Source of the DNA: Candidatus Parcubacteria bacterium
GTDB lineage: Bacteria > Patescibacteriota > Minisyncoccia > UBA6257 > 2-01-FULL-56-20
NCBI GenBank assembly: GCA_027324805.1
Contig: DAHVRZ010000001.1
Coordinates: 136,254-200,253, forward strand
Direction: 5' to 3'
DNA length: 64,000 bases
The translations under genes and the position numbers were made by a program. Positions 1 through 9,827 of the stretch are shown one piece after another. The notes under the pieces were generated by a model. It searched no databases, was not told the origin of the DNA, and saw nothing but the letters and a program-made list of their open reading frames with translations. Each line of letters begins with the position of its first letter. Within the stretch, counting starts at the first letter, position 1.

Positions 1-874
1 CTTCGTACGATATCCCTTCACCGAAGAGAATATCGAACTCCGCAGCTTTGAACGGCGGGGCCACTTTATTCTTCACTACTTTCGCTTTCACGCGATTACC
101 GACGACATTCTCGCCTTTCTTCACCTGAGCGATGCGGCGGATGTCGATGCGTACCGATGCCGCGAAGGGAAGCGCGCGGCCGCCCGGCGTCGTTTCGGGG
201 TTGCCGAACATGACGCCGATCTTCATGCGGATCTGGTTTATGAAAATGATCATCGTCTGCGTGTTCGCGGCGAGAGCGGTGAGTTTACGGAGTGCTTGGC
301 CCATCATGCGCGCCTGGCGGCCGACGTGCTGTTCTCCCATTTCGCCCTCAAGCTCGGCCTGGGGCGTGAGCGCCGCGACCGAGTCCACGACGACGACCGA
401 GATCATGCCGGAACGGACAAGGCTTTCAAGGATATTGAGCGCCTCCTCGCCGCTGTCCGGCTGGGAGATGAGAAGTTCGTTCACGTTCACGCCGAGTTTC
501 TTCGCGTATTCCGGATCCATGGCGTGCTCGGCGTCAATGAATGCGCATTTGCCGCCCTGCTTCTGTGCCTGAGCCACGACATTCAGCGCGAGCGTCGTCT
601 TGCCGCTCGATTCGGGGCCGAATATTTCGACTACCCTTCCCCGGGGAAGGCCGCCGACGCCGAGTGCGAGATCGAGCGAGAACGAACCCGTCGAGACGAC
701 AGCCACGTCCACCTTGGTCACCTCGCCGAGGCGCATGATGGACCCCTCGCCGAACTTTTCCTGGAGCGATGAAAGAAGATTGTCGAGGTCTTTGGAGGAT
801 CCGGCCGCCGGGGATTGTTTTGAATGCACGGTCTTCGAAGGTGCCGCCGTTTTCGGTTTTTTATGTGGTGTCAT
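1..874 (-). CDS. recA: Recombinase RecA (3' part runs off window)
   Basis: Manual translation from ATG at 874: MTPHKKPK...[15 protein letters not shown]...[16 protein letters not shown] (Walker A)...[25 protein letters not shown]. Confidence 0.97.
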   Translation of the reverse strand, partial: MTPHKKPKTAAPSKTVHSKQSPAAGSSKDLDNLLSSLQEKFGEGSIMRLGEVTKVDVAVVSTGSFSLDLALGVGGLPRGRVVEIFGPESSGKTTLALNVVAQAQKQGGKCAFIDAEHAMDPEYAKKLGVNVNELLISQPDSGEEALNILESLVRSGMISVVVVDSVAALTPQAELEGEMGEQHVGRQARMMGQALRKLTALAANTQTMIIFINQIRMKIGVMFGNPETTPGGRALPFAASVRIDIRRIAQVKKGENVVGNRVKAKVVKNKVAPPFKAAEFDILFGEGISYE

Positions 875-931
875 GGGTTCATTATACCAGAAGCGGTATA
901 AAGAAACCTTCAAGAAAATAGCCCGAAATCC

Positions 932-1711
932 TTAGGGGTGCGGCGTTCCCGACGCTGTCGACGTCGGAGTCCGGTCGGTAGAGAGTGCCGGGGGATTCGT
1001 GGTCGAATTTGTGGTGGAGGCCGTCGGGGCCGGGGATCCGACGCCCTGGACCGGCGTACTTGTAGCTCCGCCTATCGGTTCATAAAGGATGGTTTCGGTA
1101 ATGGAACTTTGCCCGCCGAGGAATTTTTTTGCCGAAATTTTGAACGGGTTCTGTCCGGTGCCAAGGAGAACGGTCTCCTGCCAGGAACCGTCGGGTGCGA
1201 TGGGGATCTGCTGGGTATCGTTCAAATAGAGGGTGTCGGCGTTCGCTACCGTCCCCGCAAGCGTGATGGTGCTCGATGTCGTCGTGTAAGGATTCGCATC
1301 CGGGAAGTTTACCGTTATGATCGGCGTACCGAGAATGTGCGGCGCTTGGAATGCGAAATAGACAACAACGAGCGCGGCGGCGGCGATCAGCCAGAGGTAT
1401 TTCGGAGGCGTTTCCCTGATGAATCGATTGCGCGGAAGCGTATCCGCCGCCCCGGAGTAGTTCCTTATGGTGCCGTCCTTGCGGAGACGCTTCCACCACT
1501 CTTCGCCATCGAAGCCGAGCTCGTCGCCGAGCCGCAGGAGATAACCGCGGAGGTAGGGCGCGGAAGGCAGGGTATCGAAATCGCCCCGAAGAAGGCTTTC
1601 GATATGCATAGGCGCAATGCCCGTGGCATCGGCCAGTTTCTTGAGCGTCACCCCGCGTTCCTTGATCCGTTCGGAGAAGAATTGTTCGAACGATACGGCA
1701 TCCGTTTCCAT
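932..1711 (-). CDS. RodZ-like helix-turn-helix membrane protein with C-terminal Ig-like domain
   Basis: N-terminal HTH with LPSAPYLRGYL motif, one TM, extracellular beta domain, P/T tail; downstream of ftsK as for RodZ. Confidence 0.75.
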   Translation of the reverse strand: METDAVSFEQFFSERIKERGVTLKKLADATGIAPMHIESLLRGDFDTLPSAPYLRGYLLRLGDELGFDGEEWWKRLRKDGTIRNYSGAADTLPRNRFIRETPPKYLWLIAAAALVVVYFAFQAPHILGTPIITVNFPDANPYTTTSSTITLAGTVANADTLYLNDTQQIPIAPDGSWQETVLLGTGQNPFKISAKKFLGGQSSITETILYEPIGGATSTPVQGVGSPAPTASTTNSTTNPPALSTDRTPTSTASGTPHP

Positions 1712-1750
1712 GCCCTCATTTTATGCGGGAGCGAGGAATTAGTCCACCTT

Positions 1751-3997
1751 CTACGAGAGTCGCTCTTCTATCTTTTCGATATCCACGTCGCGGGGCTTTG
1801 CACCTTCGCCGGGACCGATGTAGCCGGCGGATTCCATGAGATCGAGCAACCGCGCGGCGCGCGCATAACCGACTTTGAGCCGACGCTGGAGGAGCGAGGC
1901 GGATGCTTTCTTCGCTTCGGCAACCGTGGCGAGCGCTTCGTCAAAAAGATCATCTTCCGCCTCGTCACCCTCTCCGCCCGCGCCACCGCCTTGAAGAAAA
2001 GCGTCGAGACCTTCGGGTGCGATCGGACCTGCCTTGTCTATATTTTCCTGCTCCGCATCCACTTCGGGCTTGCCTTCGCCTTCGGCCATCTGCGGCTTGT
2101 TGTTCTCTTTGATGAAACTCACAACCGATTTCAATTCTTCCTCTGTGATATATGACCCCTGGATGCGCTTCGGCTTGGAGAGGTCGGCCGAGAGGAAGAG
2201 CAGGTCGCCGTGACCGAGCAGTTTTTCCGCTCCGGCAGTATCGAGAATGGTGCGCGAATCGATCTGCGATGCCACCTGGAGCGCAACGCGCGCCGGGATG
2301 TTCGCCTTGATGAGGCCGGTGATCACTTCGACCGACGGGCGCTGGGTGGCAAGAAGGAGATGGATGCCCGTTGCGCGGGCCATCTGCGCGAGGCGCACAA
2401 TCGCGCCTTCGACGTCGCGGCCGAACGAACTCATAAGGTCGGCCATCTCGTCGATGCCGATCAGGATGTAAGGAAGCGCCTCCTCGCCCTTGTGCGAGCC
2501 GTTGTAGCTCTTGATGTCGCGCGACCCGGCACGCTGGAGGAGTTCGTAGCGGCGTTCCATTTCGCTGATCGCCCAGCGAAGCACGCCGAGCGCTTTCTTG
2601 TTCTCGGTGATGACCGGCGTGATGAGATGGGGGATGCCGTCGTACATCGAAAGCTCCACACGCTTCGGGTCGATGAGCGCAAGGCGGAGCGTGGCCGGAG
2701 AATTCTTATAAAGGAGCGAGGTGATAAGCCCGTGGACGAGGATCGATTTTCCGGATCCCGTCGCACCGGCAACGAGCATGTGCGGCATCTTCTCGATGTT
2801 CGCGAAGATCGGTTCGCCGGATACGTCGCGGCCGAGGGCGAAGCTGAGCGGTCCCGATGTCTGGAATTCCGGATAGTTCATGAGCGAGCCGAGGCGTACC
2901 AAGGCGGCCGCCTTATTCGGCACCTCGATACCGACAAGCGACTTGCCCGGAATCGGCGCTTCGATGCGCACGGGGTGTGCGGCGAGGGCGAGCGCGAGAT
3001 CGGGATTGAGTGCCGTGATGCGTGAGAGCTTCATTCCTTCCGCGGGCTTCAGCGTATAACGCGTGACCGCAGGGCCTACATTGATCTCGCCCATCTCGAC
3101 TGCGATACCAAATGATTCGAGCGTCCTCTTTATTATGTTTGCATTCGCGAGAAGGTCGCCCGTCGTCGGCTTGCTCGAATCGGACTTGAGGAGCGAGAGC
3201 GGCGGCGGCACGTAGTTTGCAAAGACGGGCGCTTTGGGAGGATTCTTCTTTGATTTGCCGAGTTCATTGCCGTCTTTCGCGTGGACCACGGCGAGATCTC
3301 CCGCGGCGGCATCTTTCTCTTTTTTATCTTTCGCGCCCTTGCCGTTCTTTCCTTCGGCATCCGACGCCTCTTCGGCGACTCCTCCCTTTTCCGGTTCCGT
3401 TCCGGTGACGATGAGCGGCGTCTCCTCCTCTTCTTCGGCCTCATCCGTCATCTCTTCCTTCTTGGGCCACGTGATCTTCAGGGGAACATTCGCCGTAACA
3501 AGGATCGAAATTATCAATATGAAGAGGTTGATGACGAGTGAAGCAATCGTGCCGAATGGGGTCCGCAGCGAGCCGAGGGCGAGGCCAAGCCATCCGCCAT
3601 TGCCGGGGGAAAGGATCTCGATCGTGCCAAGGAACGAGAGTACCAAAAGAAGGGCGCCGAGCGTCGTCGTGCCGAGGATCCTTCGGCGGCCGGCCACGAT
3701 GAGCACGATGGCATTGAAAAAGAGGGTTGCGGGAAGGATGAAATAGCCCCAACCGAGAAGGGCGTTCAAGCCTTTATACATGAGAACTCCGGCGGGTCCG
3801 GCGAGTCCGAATCCCGCGAGCGTGAGCACGATCGCGATACAGATGAACGCCGTCGCCCATATGGAGTTTGCCGTCTCGGGATGGATGAAGGGTTCCCGTT
3901 CCTCCCGTGCGTTGCGCGGTACGCGCTCGTCGGTTTTGCCTCTCCTGCTGTCGGCGGCATTCTTTTTTCCGCCGCGTCCGCGTTTCCGTTTTGCCAT
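1751..3997 (-). CDS. ftsK: DNA translocase FtsK/SpoIIIE
   Basis: 4TM N-terminus, PHMLVAGATGSGKS, LATQRPSVEVITGLIKAN, gamma domain ASASLLQRRLKVGYARAARL. Confidence 0.97.
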   Translation of the reverse strand: MAKRKRGRGGKKNAADSRRGKTDERVPRNAREEREPFIHPETANSIWATAFICIAIVLTLAGFGLAGPAGVLMYKGLNALLGWGYFILPATLFFNAIVLIVAGRRRILGTTTLGALLLVLSFLGTIEILSPGNGGWLGLALGSLRTPFGTIASLVINLFILIISILVTANVPLKITWPKKEEMTDEAEEEEETPLIVTGTEPEKGGVAEEASDAEGKNGKGAKDKKEKDAAAGDLAVVHAKDGNELGKSKKNPPKAPVFANYVPPPLSLLKSDSSKPTTGDLLANANIIKRTLESFGIAVEMGEINVGPAVTRYTLKPAEGMKLSRITALNPDLALALAAHPVRIEAPIPGKSLVGIEVPNKAAALVRLGSLMNYPEFQTSGPLSFALGRDVSGEPIFANIEKMPHMLVAGATGSGKSILVHGLITSLLYKNSPATLRLALIDPKRVELSMYDGIPHLITPVITENKKALGVLRWAISEMERRYELLQRAGSRDIKSYNGSHKGEEALPYILIGIDEMADLMSSFGRDVEGAIVRLAQMARATGIHLLLATQRPSVEVITGLIKANIPARVALQVASQIDSRTILDTAGAEKLLGHGDLLFLSADLSKPKRIQGSYITEEELKSVVSFIKENNKPQMAEGEGKPEVDAEQENIDKAGPIAPEGLDAFLQGGGAGGEGDEAEDDLFDEALATVAEAKKASASLLQRRLKVGYARAARLLDLMESAGYIGPGEGAKPRDVDIEKIEERLS

Positions 3998-4065
3998 AAT
4001 GCCATTATTTTAGCACCATTGACGGCATCGTGCATGGTGTTTTCTCGGGGAAAACCCCGGCCCGG

Positions 4066-5910
4066 CTACACGATGTCGAGCGGCGTTTCGGAAAGCACCT
4101 TCTCGAAGAGTTCCACGGCCGCCCGTTCGATGGTTTCCGCAATTCCCTCTATGGCCTCCGTAGTTCCTTTGCCATCTTTCGTTTCGCCGTGGACCGCCGT
4201 GTAATATTTCATCTTGGGCTCCGTGCCCGAAGGGCGGATATGGAGGGCGGTACGCTCGTCATCGGTGAAGAAGAAGGAGAGCATATCGCCCCGGTCCCAA
4301 TCCCTCGATTCGATGAGGGCTCCTGTCGCGCCGTCCCTCACTTCGCCCGTGAGGCGGTCCATTATTTTGACGATGCGCCTCCCGCCGAGCTCCCTCGGGA
4401 GCTCTCCGCGCAACTTCCTCATAGCGAGGTTCATCCTGTCGAGCGCCCCAAGGCCTTCGATCTGCCGGCTGTAGAGACGCTCGCCGTAATATCCGTATAT
4501 CCCATAGATCGATCCGAGGAGGTCCATGGGGGTCATTTTGTTGGCTTTGCACCATGCCGCCATCTCCGCGGCGATGATCGCGGGAGTTTCCGCGCCCTTG
4601 TCCCGGTAAGCGTCACCGAAGAGATATCCGCAGCTTTCCTCGCAGCCCATCACGAAATGCTTTTCCGGGGGAAGGTGCTCCAACCGGTCGCCGATAAACT
4701 TGAAGCCGACGAGGAGGTCGCCGATCACCGTCGCGCCGAAGCGCTCCCCGATGTCGCGCACCAGGTCCGTTGTCACCGACGTCTTGATGATCACCGGGTT
4801 TTCCGGCATCGTTCCTGCCCCGGCGCGGCTTTCCATCGCGAAATGCGCGAGGAGCGCCGCCGTCCGGTTTCCCGTAAGCACGTTCCAAACGCCATCCTTG
4901 TCCGGAACCGCAATGCCGAGGCGGTCGGCATCGGGATCGGAGACGATCACGATATCGGCGGCCTTCGCTTTTGCGAGCGCGATCGCCTGCTCGTATACCG
5001 CCGGAAACTCCGGATTGGGGAAGTGCCCTTTGACCGTCGGGAAATTCCCGTCGAGACTCATCTGTTCTTCGACGGGAAGAATATCCCCAAAACCGGCGCC
5101 TTTGAGCGCAGGAAGCACCGACTGCGATCCCACGCCGTGGAGCGGCGAATACACGATGCGCACGTCCCTCTCGGGCCTTACGGACACCTTCTTCGCCGCT
5201 TCAACGAAAGCATCGTCCGTCTCGCCGCTTATGGTGCGAACGAGGCCCTGCGCCACGGCATCATCGAAGGACATCTTCTTTATAGAGGAAGCGCTCGCAT
5301 TGAACTCCTTTTCGATCAGGAGGCCCTCTTCGGGCAATACCTGCACGCCGTGCTCGTCGTACACTTTATATCCGTTGAATTCCGGAGGATTATGGCTTGC
5401 GGTGATCACGATGCCGCCGCCGAGCGAAAGATGGCGGACGGTGAACGAAAGCTCGGGCGTTGCCCGGTAGTAAGGGAAGATATGGACGGCGATGCCGTTC
5501 GCCGTGAGCACTCTGGCGGTCTCTTTCATGAATCCGTCCGAGTTCAGCCTGCTGTCATAGGCGATGGCGACCCCCTTTGCCGCCGCATCCTTTCTATGGT
5601 TCAGGAGATATTGCGCGTACGCCTGCGAGGCCCATCGTATCGTGTGATTGTTGATGCGGTTCGTGCCGATTTCCATCGTCCCGCGGATCCCTCCCGTACC
5701 GAAGAGGACGGTCCGGTAGAAGGCATCCATCAGGAAATCCCAATCACCATCCTTTATCTTCGCCGTGAGCTCGGGCACGAACTCCGCGAATTCGTCCTCC
5801 GTGAACCATCGTGCGATCTCGTCGTGCGCGGTTTTGTTCAGCTTTTTCGCCCCGAGCGCCGCCTCAAGGGCCGCCGTCGCATCGAACGGCGTTTCCATAA
5901 CGATATCCAT
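4066..5910 (-). CDS. Phospho-sugar mutase (phosphoglucomutase/phosphomannomutase)
   Basis: FGTGGIRG, ITASHNP, DPDADR, CEESCGY, RPSGTEPKMK motifs. Confidence 0.93.
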   Translation of the reverse strand: MDIVMETPFDATAALEAALGAKKLNKTAHDEIARWFTEDEFAEFVPELTAKIKDGDWDFLMDAFYRTVLFGTGGIRGTMEIGTNRINNHTIRWASQAYAQYLLNHRKDAAAKGVAIAYDSRLNSDGFMKETARVLTANGIAVHIFPYYRATPELSFTVRHLSLGGGIVITASHNPPEFNGYKVYDEHGVQVLPEEGLLIEKEFNASASSIKKMSFDDAVAQGLVRTISGETDDAFVEAAKKVSVRPERDVRIVYSPLHGVGSQSVLPALKGAGFGDILPVEEQMSLDGNFPTVKGHFPNPEFPAVYEQAIALAKAKAADIVIVSDPDADRLGIAVPDKDGVWNVLTGNRTAALLAHFAMESRAGAGTMPENPVIIKTSVTTDLVRDIGERFGATVIGDLLVGFKFIGDRLEHLPPEKHFVMGCEESCGYLFGDAYRDKGAETPAIIAAEMAAWCKANKMTPMDLLGSIYGIYGYYGERLYSRQIEGLGALDRMNLAMRKLRGELPRELGGRRIVKIMDRLTGEVRDGATGALIESRDWDRGDMLSFFFTDDERTALHIRPSGTEPKMKYYTAVHGETKDGKGTTEAIEGIAETIERAAVELFEKVLSETPLDIV

Positions 5911-5955
5911 AACGAGATTATACCATCGGCGCCGCGCGGCGTTACCCCGCTTTCA

Positions 5956-5984
5956 TTGACAGCGTCATCCGAAACTCCTATATT
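5956..5984 (+). promoter_or_regulatory. Sigma70 promoter of the YkuK-like gene (likely leaderless)
   Basis: TTGACA (5956-5961), 17 bp, TATATT (5979-5984), 7 nt before ATG 5992. Confidence 0.75.
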
Positions 5985-5991
5985 CCAGGTA

Positions 5992-6471
5992 ATGCCGGAA
6001 TTCCTTAACAACTCCAACGGTACGCCGCTTACCATCGACCAGGTGGTGGCGGAGATCGTCGCGTTTATGAGGGCGGAACCGGAGCGGCATTATAAGGTGA
6101 CGCTTGGGACCGACTCCGAACTGCTCGCCGACAAGGATGCCGACTTTGTGACGGCGGTCGTCGTGCACCGCATCGGCAACGGCGGGCGCTATTTTTGGCG
6201 GCGGTTCGAGCTCGGCAAGTTCCATACGCTTCGCGACCGCATGATCCGTGAGGCGCTCATCTCGCTCGATCTTGCGCGCAAAGTGCTCGAGGCGCTCAAG
6301 AAGGAGCCGCTTCCCGAATTCGAATTCGAGATCCATGCGGACATCGGCGAGCGCGGCCCGACGCGCGCGGTGATCCAGGAGATCGTCGGCATGATCCGTG
6401 CGAACAACTTCGAGGTACGCATCAAACCTTTCAGCTATGCCGCGACGAACGTTGCGGATCGGCATGTATAG
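5992..6471 (+). CDS. RNase H-like YkuK family protein
   Basis: Real start inside the 4030..6471 ORF; GTDS, FVTAVVVHRIGNGG, EIHADIG, KPFSYAATNVADRH. Confidence 0.85.
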   Translation: MPEFLNNSNGTPLTIDQVVAEIVAFMRAEPERHYKVTLGTDSELLADKDADFVTAVVVHRIGNGGRYFWRRFELGKFHTLRDRMIREALISLDLARKVLEALKKEPLPEFEFEIHADIGERGPTRAVIQEIVGMIRANNFEVRIKPFSYAATNVADRHV

Positions 6472-6485
6472 CGCAGTCATCATTA

Positions 6486-7052
6486 ATGGCATTAGACACC
6501 ATCGTTTTCGATATCGAGACCCAGAACTTCTTTACTGACCCGGGTGTGGGCCGGGATAATTTCGGTGCGCTCAAAATCTCCGTGGTGTGCGCATATTCCT
6601 ATCTTGAGGACCGCTACCACTGCTACGAGGAGCACGAGATGGACAAACTTGCGGAGCTCTTCGCGGGGGCCAAGCGGATCGTCGGGTTCAGCATGAATCG
6701 CTATGACATTCCGGTACTTACGCATTATTTCAAGAAGCTCAAAAATGTGGCCGTGCCGGATCTTTGGGCGATGGAACGCGTTGACCTTTTGCAGGAGATC
6801 GAGTTTGCGGCGGGACATCGCATCGGACTTGCCCAGCTTGCGGAAGCGAATCTTGGAGCGACGAAGACCCATCACAGTTCCGAGGCCGGCGCCCTCTATG
6901 CCGAGGGAAAGATGGATGAGTTGAAGGAATACTGCACGAATGACGTGAAGCTTACGAAGGAGCTGTATGATCTCTATCGTACACAGCATTTCCTCCTGAT
7001 TCCGCGCCGCAGGGAAAGCGGTTATGCGAAGATCGAGTTTGCGAAACTATAA
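6486..7052 (+). CDS. RNase H-like / DEDD exonuclease (YprB-like)
   Basis: VFDIET, VGFSMNRYDIP, YCTNDVKLT acidic motifs. Confidence 0.8.
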   Translation: MALDTIVFDIETQNFFTDPGVGRDNFGALKISVVCAYSYLEDRYHCYEEHEMDKLAELFAGAKRIVGFSMNRYDIPVLTHYFKKLKNVAVPDLWAMERVDLLQEIEFAAGHRIGLAQLAEANLGATKTHHSSEAGALYAEGKMDELKEYCTNDVKLTKELYDLYRTQHFLLIPRRRESGYAKIEFAKL

Positions 7053-7054
7053 CA

Positions 7055-8314
7055 ATGGAGAGGCGTATCTATCTCGACCATGCGGCAGGGACGCCGGTCG
7101 ACCCGCGCGTGGAGCGTGCGATGAGACCTTATTTCTTACGATCATTCGGCAATCCCGGATCGCTCCACTTATTCGGACAGGAGGCGATTGCGGCCGTTGA
7201 TGCGGCGCGCGAGGCGATTGCGCGCCTCATTGGCGCGGATTTCCGCGAGGTCGTGTTCACTGGGTCCGCAACGGAGGCGAACAATCTCGCCCTGCGCGGT
7301 GCGATACGAGCATGGAAGGACGACCCTGCCAATAAGGGACGTGCGCCGCGCGTCATCGTGAGCGCGATCGAACATGAGTCGGTGCTTGAAACGGCACGTG
7401 ATCTTGCGCGGGAAGGAGCCGAGGTTATTTGCGCGCCAGTGGATGGCAGAGGGGCGGTGGATCCCGAGTGGATCATCCATGCGATCCATGGCAATGGCAA
7501 TGACGGGAGGACCGCCATCGTTTCCGTGATGTACGTGAACAACGAGATAGGGACGGTTGAACCCGTTGCTGCGATAGCGGAAGCGGTGCGCACCGCGCGT
7601 GAAAAAAGCGGTGCGCACCGCGCGATCTCAAAGTGGCCGCTTTTCCATACCGATGCGGCCCAGGCTTTCCAATATTTCGACTGCGACGTAAAAAGGCTCG
7701 GTATTGATATGATGACGCTTTCGGCGCACAAAATCTGCGGCCCTAAAGGCATCGGGGCGCTTTTTGTCCGTGCAGGAACACCCCTCGCGCCGGTCGTGAC
7801 GGGCGGCGGCCAGGAGTTCGGCCTCCGTTCGGGGACGGAAAACGTGCCGCTCATCGTCGGATTTGCAAAAGCCGCGGAGCTCGCCGTCGCCGCACGTTCC
7901 GGAGAGACGAAGCGCGTCGCTTCCCTCAGGAATCATTGCATAAAAGGCATAAAAGAAATCTCAAGAGATGTCGAAATAAACGGGAACGGCGGAATATCTT
8001 TTTCCCCGGAGGTGGCGCCGCATATAGTGAATGTTTCTTTTCCCGGGAAGGCGGCGGAAGATATTGTCATGCGTCTGGATCTTGCCGGTATCGCCGTCTC
8101 GTCCGGATCGGCATGTCGGGCGCGTGCCATAGAGCCTTCATATGTGGTCCGTGCGCTTGGCGCAGGCTCCGGGGACGGCTCGGGGCACGATGCCGCTGCG
8201 AAGATCGACGCCGACGTTCTTGCGCGATCGAGCATCCGCGTGAGCTTCGGCCGTACGACCGGAAAAGCGGATATAGACAGGCTCCTTGCCGCCATTACGG
8301 GGATCTTCCGCTGA
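7055..8314 (+). CDS. Cysteine desulfurase (IscS/NifS family)
   Basis: IYLDHAAGTP, FGNPGS, HTDAAQ, SAHKICGPKG (PLP Lys), SSGSAC (catalytic Cys). Confidence 0.93.
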   Translation: MERRIYLDHAAGTPVDPRVERAMRPYFLRSFGNPGSLHLFGQEAIAAVDAAREAIARLIGADFREVVFTGSATEANNLALRGAIRAWKDDPANKGRAPRVIVSAIEHESVLETARDLAREGAEVICAPVDGRGAVDPEWIIHAIHGNGNDGRTAIVSVMYVNNEIGTVEPVAAIAEAVRTAREKSGAHRAISKWPLFHTDAAQAFQYFDCDVKRLGIDMMTLSAHKICGPKGIGALFVRAGTPLAPVVTGGGQEFGLRSGTENVPLIVGFAKAAELAVAARSGETKRVASLRNHCIKGIKEISRDVEINGNGGISFSPEVAPHIVNVSFPGKAAEDIVMRLDLAGIAVSSGSACRARAIEPSYVVRALGAGSGDGSGHDAAAKIDADVLARSSIRVSFGRTTGKADIDRLLAAITGIFR

Positions 8315-8399
8315 AACTTTTTTTAAAATCGAAGCGTAATATCCTATAAAGGCCAGACCTCATTGTTTTGCGTAAATTAATTTGCGTCCAATAACAACT

Positions 8400-9683
8400 A
8401 TGTCTACGAAAAAGAAAACAGCGGCAATTGCGGGTATTATCGTCATTGTCGGGGCTAGTGCGTTCATATTCAGGGGTAGTATTGTTGCGCGCGCCGCAAC
8501 AAATCCATTTTCCACATTTTGGAACGATCTTACCCAACCCTTCACCGGGCGGACCGTCACTACGAGCGGAAACCTCGCGAACACCGGAACATCAACCCAG
8601 CTTTATGCTCCCGATGACCAATACGAGAGCGACGTGATGGCTGCAGTGAAGAGGGTGTCGCCTGCGGTCGTTTCTATCACCATCTCCGAGAACGTGCCGA
8701 TCATCGAGAACTGTCCGAACGGTTTTTCTGGCAACCTTCCGCTGGGATTCCAGCAGTTTCTCGGGAACATTCCGACCTCCACGCCGTGCAACAGCGGACA
8801 GACCCAGCTGCAGCAGGTGGGCGGCGGTTCCGGGTTCATCATCTCGCCCGACGGCCTCATTCTCACCAACAAGCACGTCGTCTCCGACACGACCGCGCAA
8901 TATTCGGTGCTCACGAATGACGGGAAGACCTATAAAGCGACCGTGCTCGCGCGCGATCCCAACCAGGACCTCGCAGTCCTCAAGATAAATGCGACCGGCC
9001 TGCCGACGGTCACGCTCGGCGATTCGAACGGACTCCAGCTTGGTCAGACGGCGATCGCCATCGGCAATGCCCTTGGCCAGTTTTCCAACACGGTCTCCGC
9101 GGGCGTGGTCTCCGGCCTCGAGCGTACGGTGACGGCATCGTCGCCCGATACGGGCGCAGAAGAGACGCTGAACGGCGTCATCCAGACCGATGCGGCCATC
9201 AATCCGGGCAATTCCGGCGGGCCGCTCGTGGATCTCCGCGGCGACGTAATCGGCATAGACACTGCCGTTGCATCGAATGCGCAGAGCATAGGCTTTGCTA
9301 TCCCGATTAACCAGGCGAAGTCGGCTATCAATTCCGTCGAATCCACGGGGCAGATCAAGGTGCCGTATCTCGGCGTGCGGTACGAGCCGGTGACGGCGAC
9401 ACTCGCATCATCGAAGAAACTCCCCGTTTCCTACGGCGCGCTTGTCTCGGCGGGGAATACCGGCAAGGCGGCGGTGGTGCCCAATTCGCCTGCTGCAGCC
9501 GCCGGGATCAAGGCAGGCGACATCATCGAGTCCGTGGACGGTACGCAGGTGAATTCCAATAATGATCTTGGTAATCTGATTGACCAGTATTCGGTGGGGG
9601 ATACGGTGACGCTTATCGTTGCGCGCGGCACCCAGATGCTCACGCTCAAAGCGACGCTCGCCGAACGGCCGGCAGGGTCATAG
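8400..9683 (+). CDS. HtrA/DegP-like serine protease with PDZ domain
   Basis: GSGFII, LTNKHVV, DLAVLK, IQTDAAINPGNSGGPL, C-terminal PDZ, N-terminal TM. Confidence 0.93.
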   Translation: MSTKKKTAAIAGIIVIVGASAFIFRGSIVARAATNPFSTFWNDLTQPFTGRTVTTSGNLANTGTSTQLYAPDDQYESDVMAAVKRVSPAVVSITISENVPIIENCPNGFSGNLPLGFQQFLGNIPTSTPCNSGQTQLQQVGGGSGFIISPDGLILTNKHVVSDTTAQYSVLTNDGKTYKATVLARDPNQDLAVLKINATGLPTVTLGDSNGLQLGQTAIAIGNALGQFSNTVSAGVVSGLERTVTASSPDTGAEETLNGVIQTDAAINPGNSGGPLVDLRGDVIGIDTAVASNAQSIGFAIPINQAKSAINSVESTGQIKVPYLGVRYEPVTATLASSKKLPVSYGALVSAGNTGKAAVVPNSPAAAAGIKAGDIIESVDGTQVNSNNDLGNLIDQYSVGDTVTLIVARGTQMLTLKATLAERPAGS

Positions 9684-9710
9684 CGCTTTTCCCGCATATA
9701 ACCTTGTTCA

Positions 9711-9737
9711 TTAGCAATCTCAACTTGAGATTGACAA
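9711..9737. promoter_or_regulatory. CIRCE-like (HrcA) operator upstream of clpB
   Basis: TTAGCAATC-N9-GATTGACAA vs consensus TTAGCACTC-N9-GAGTGCTAA; overlaps TTGACA (9731-9736), 18 bp, TATACT (9755-9760). Confidence 0.75.
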
Positions 9738-9827
9738 TGCTCGTTTGCGGGGCGTATACTTTCCTATAACACGTTATGCGTGCGATGAAACAATCGCCTT
9801 CGCGGAAAGGTATAATATAAGAAATAA

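Noticed and set aside
4030-5991. 813-aa + strand ORF 4030..6471
   Set aside because: The first ~650 codons are the antisense shadow of the phospho-sugar mutase. Only the part from ATG 5992, which has its own promoter, looks like a protein.
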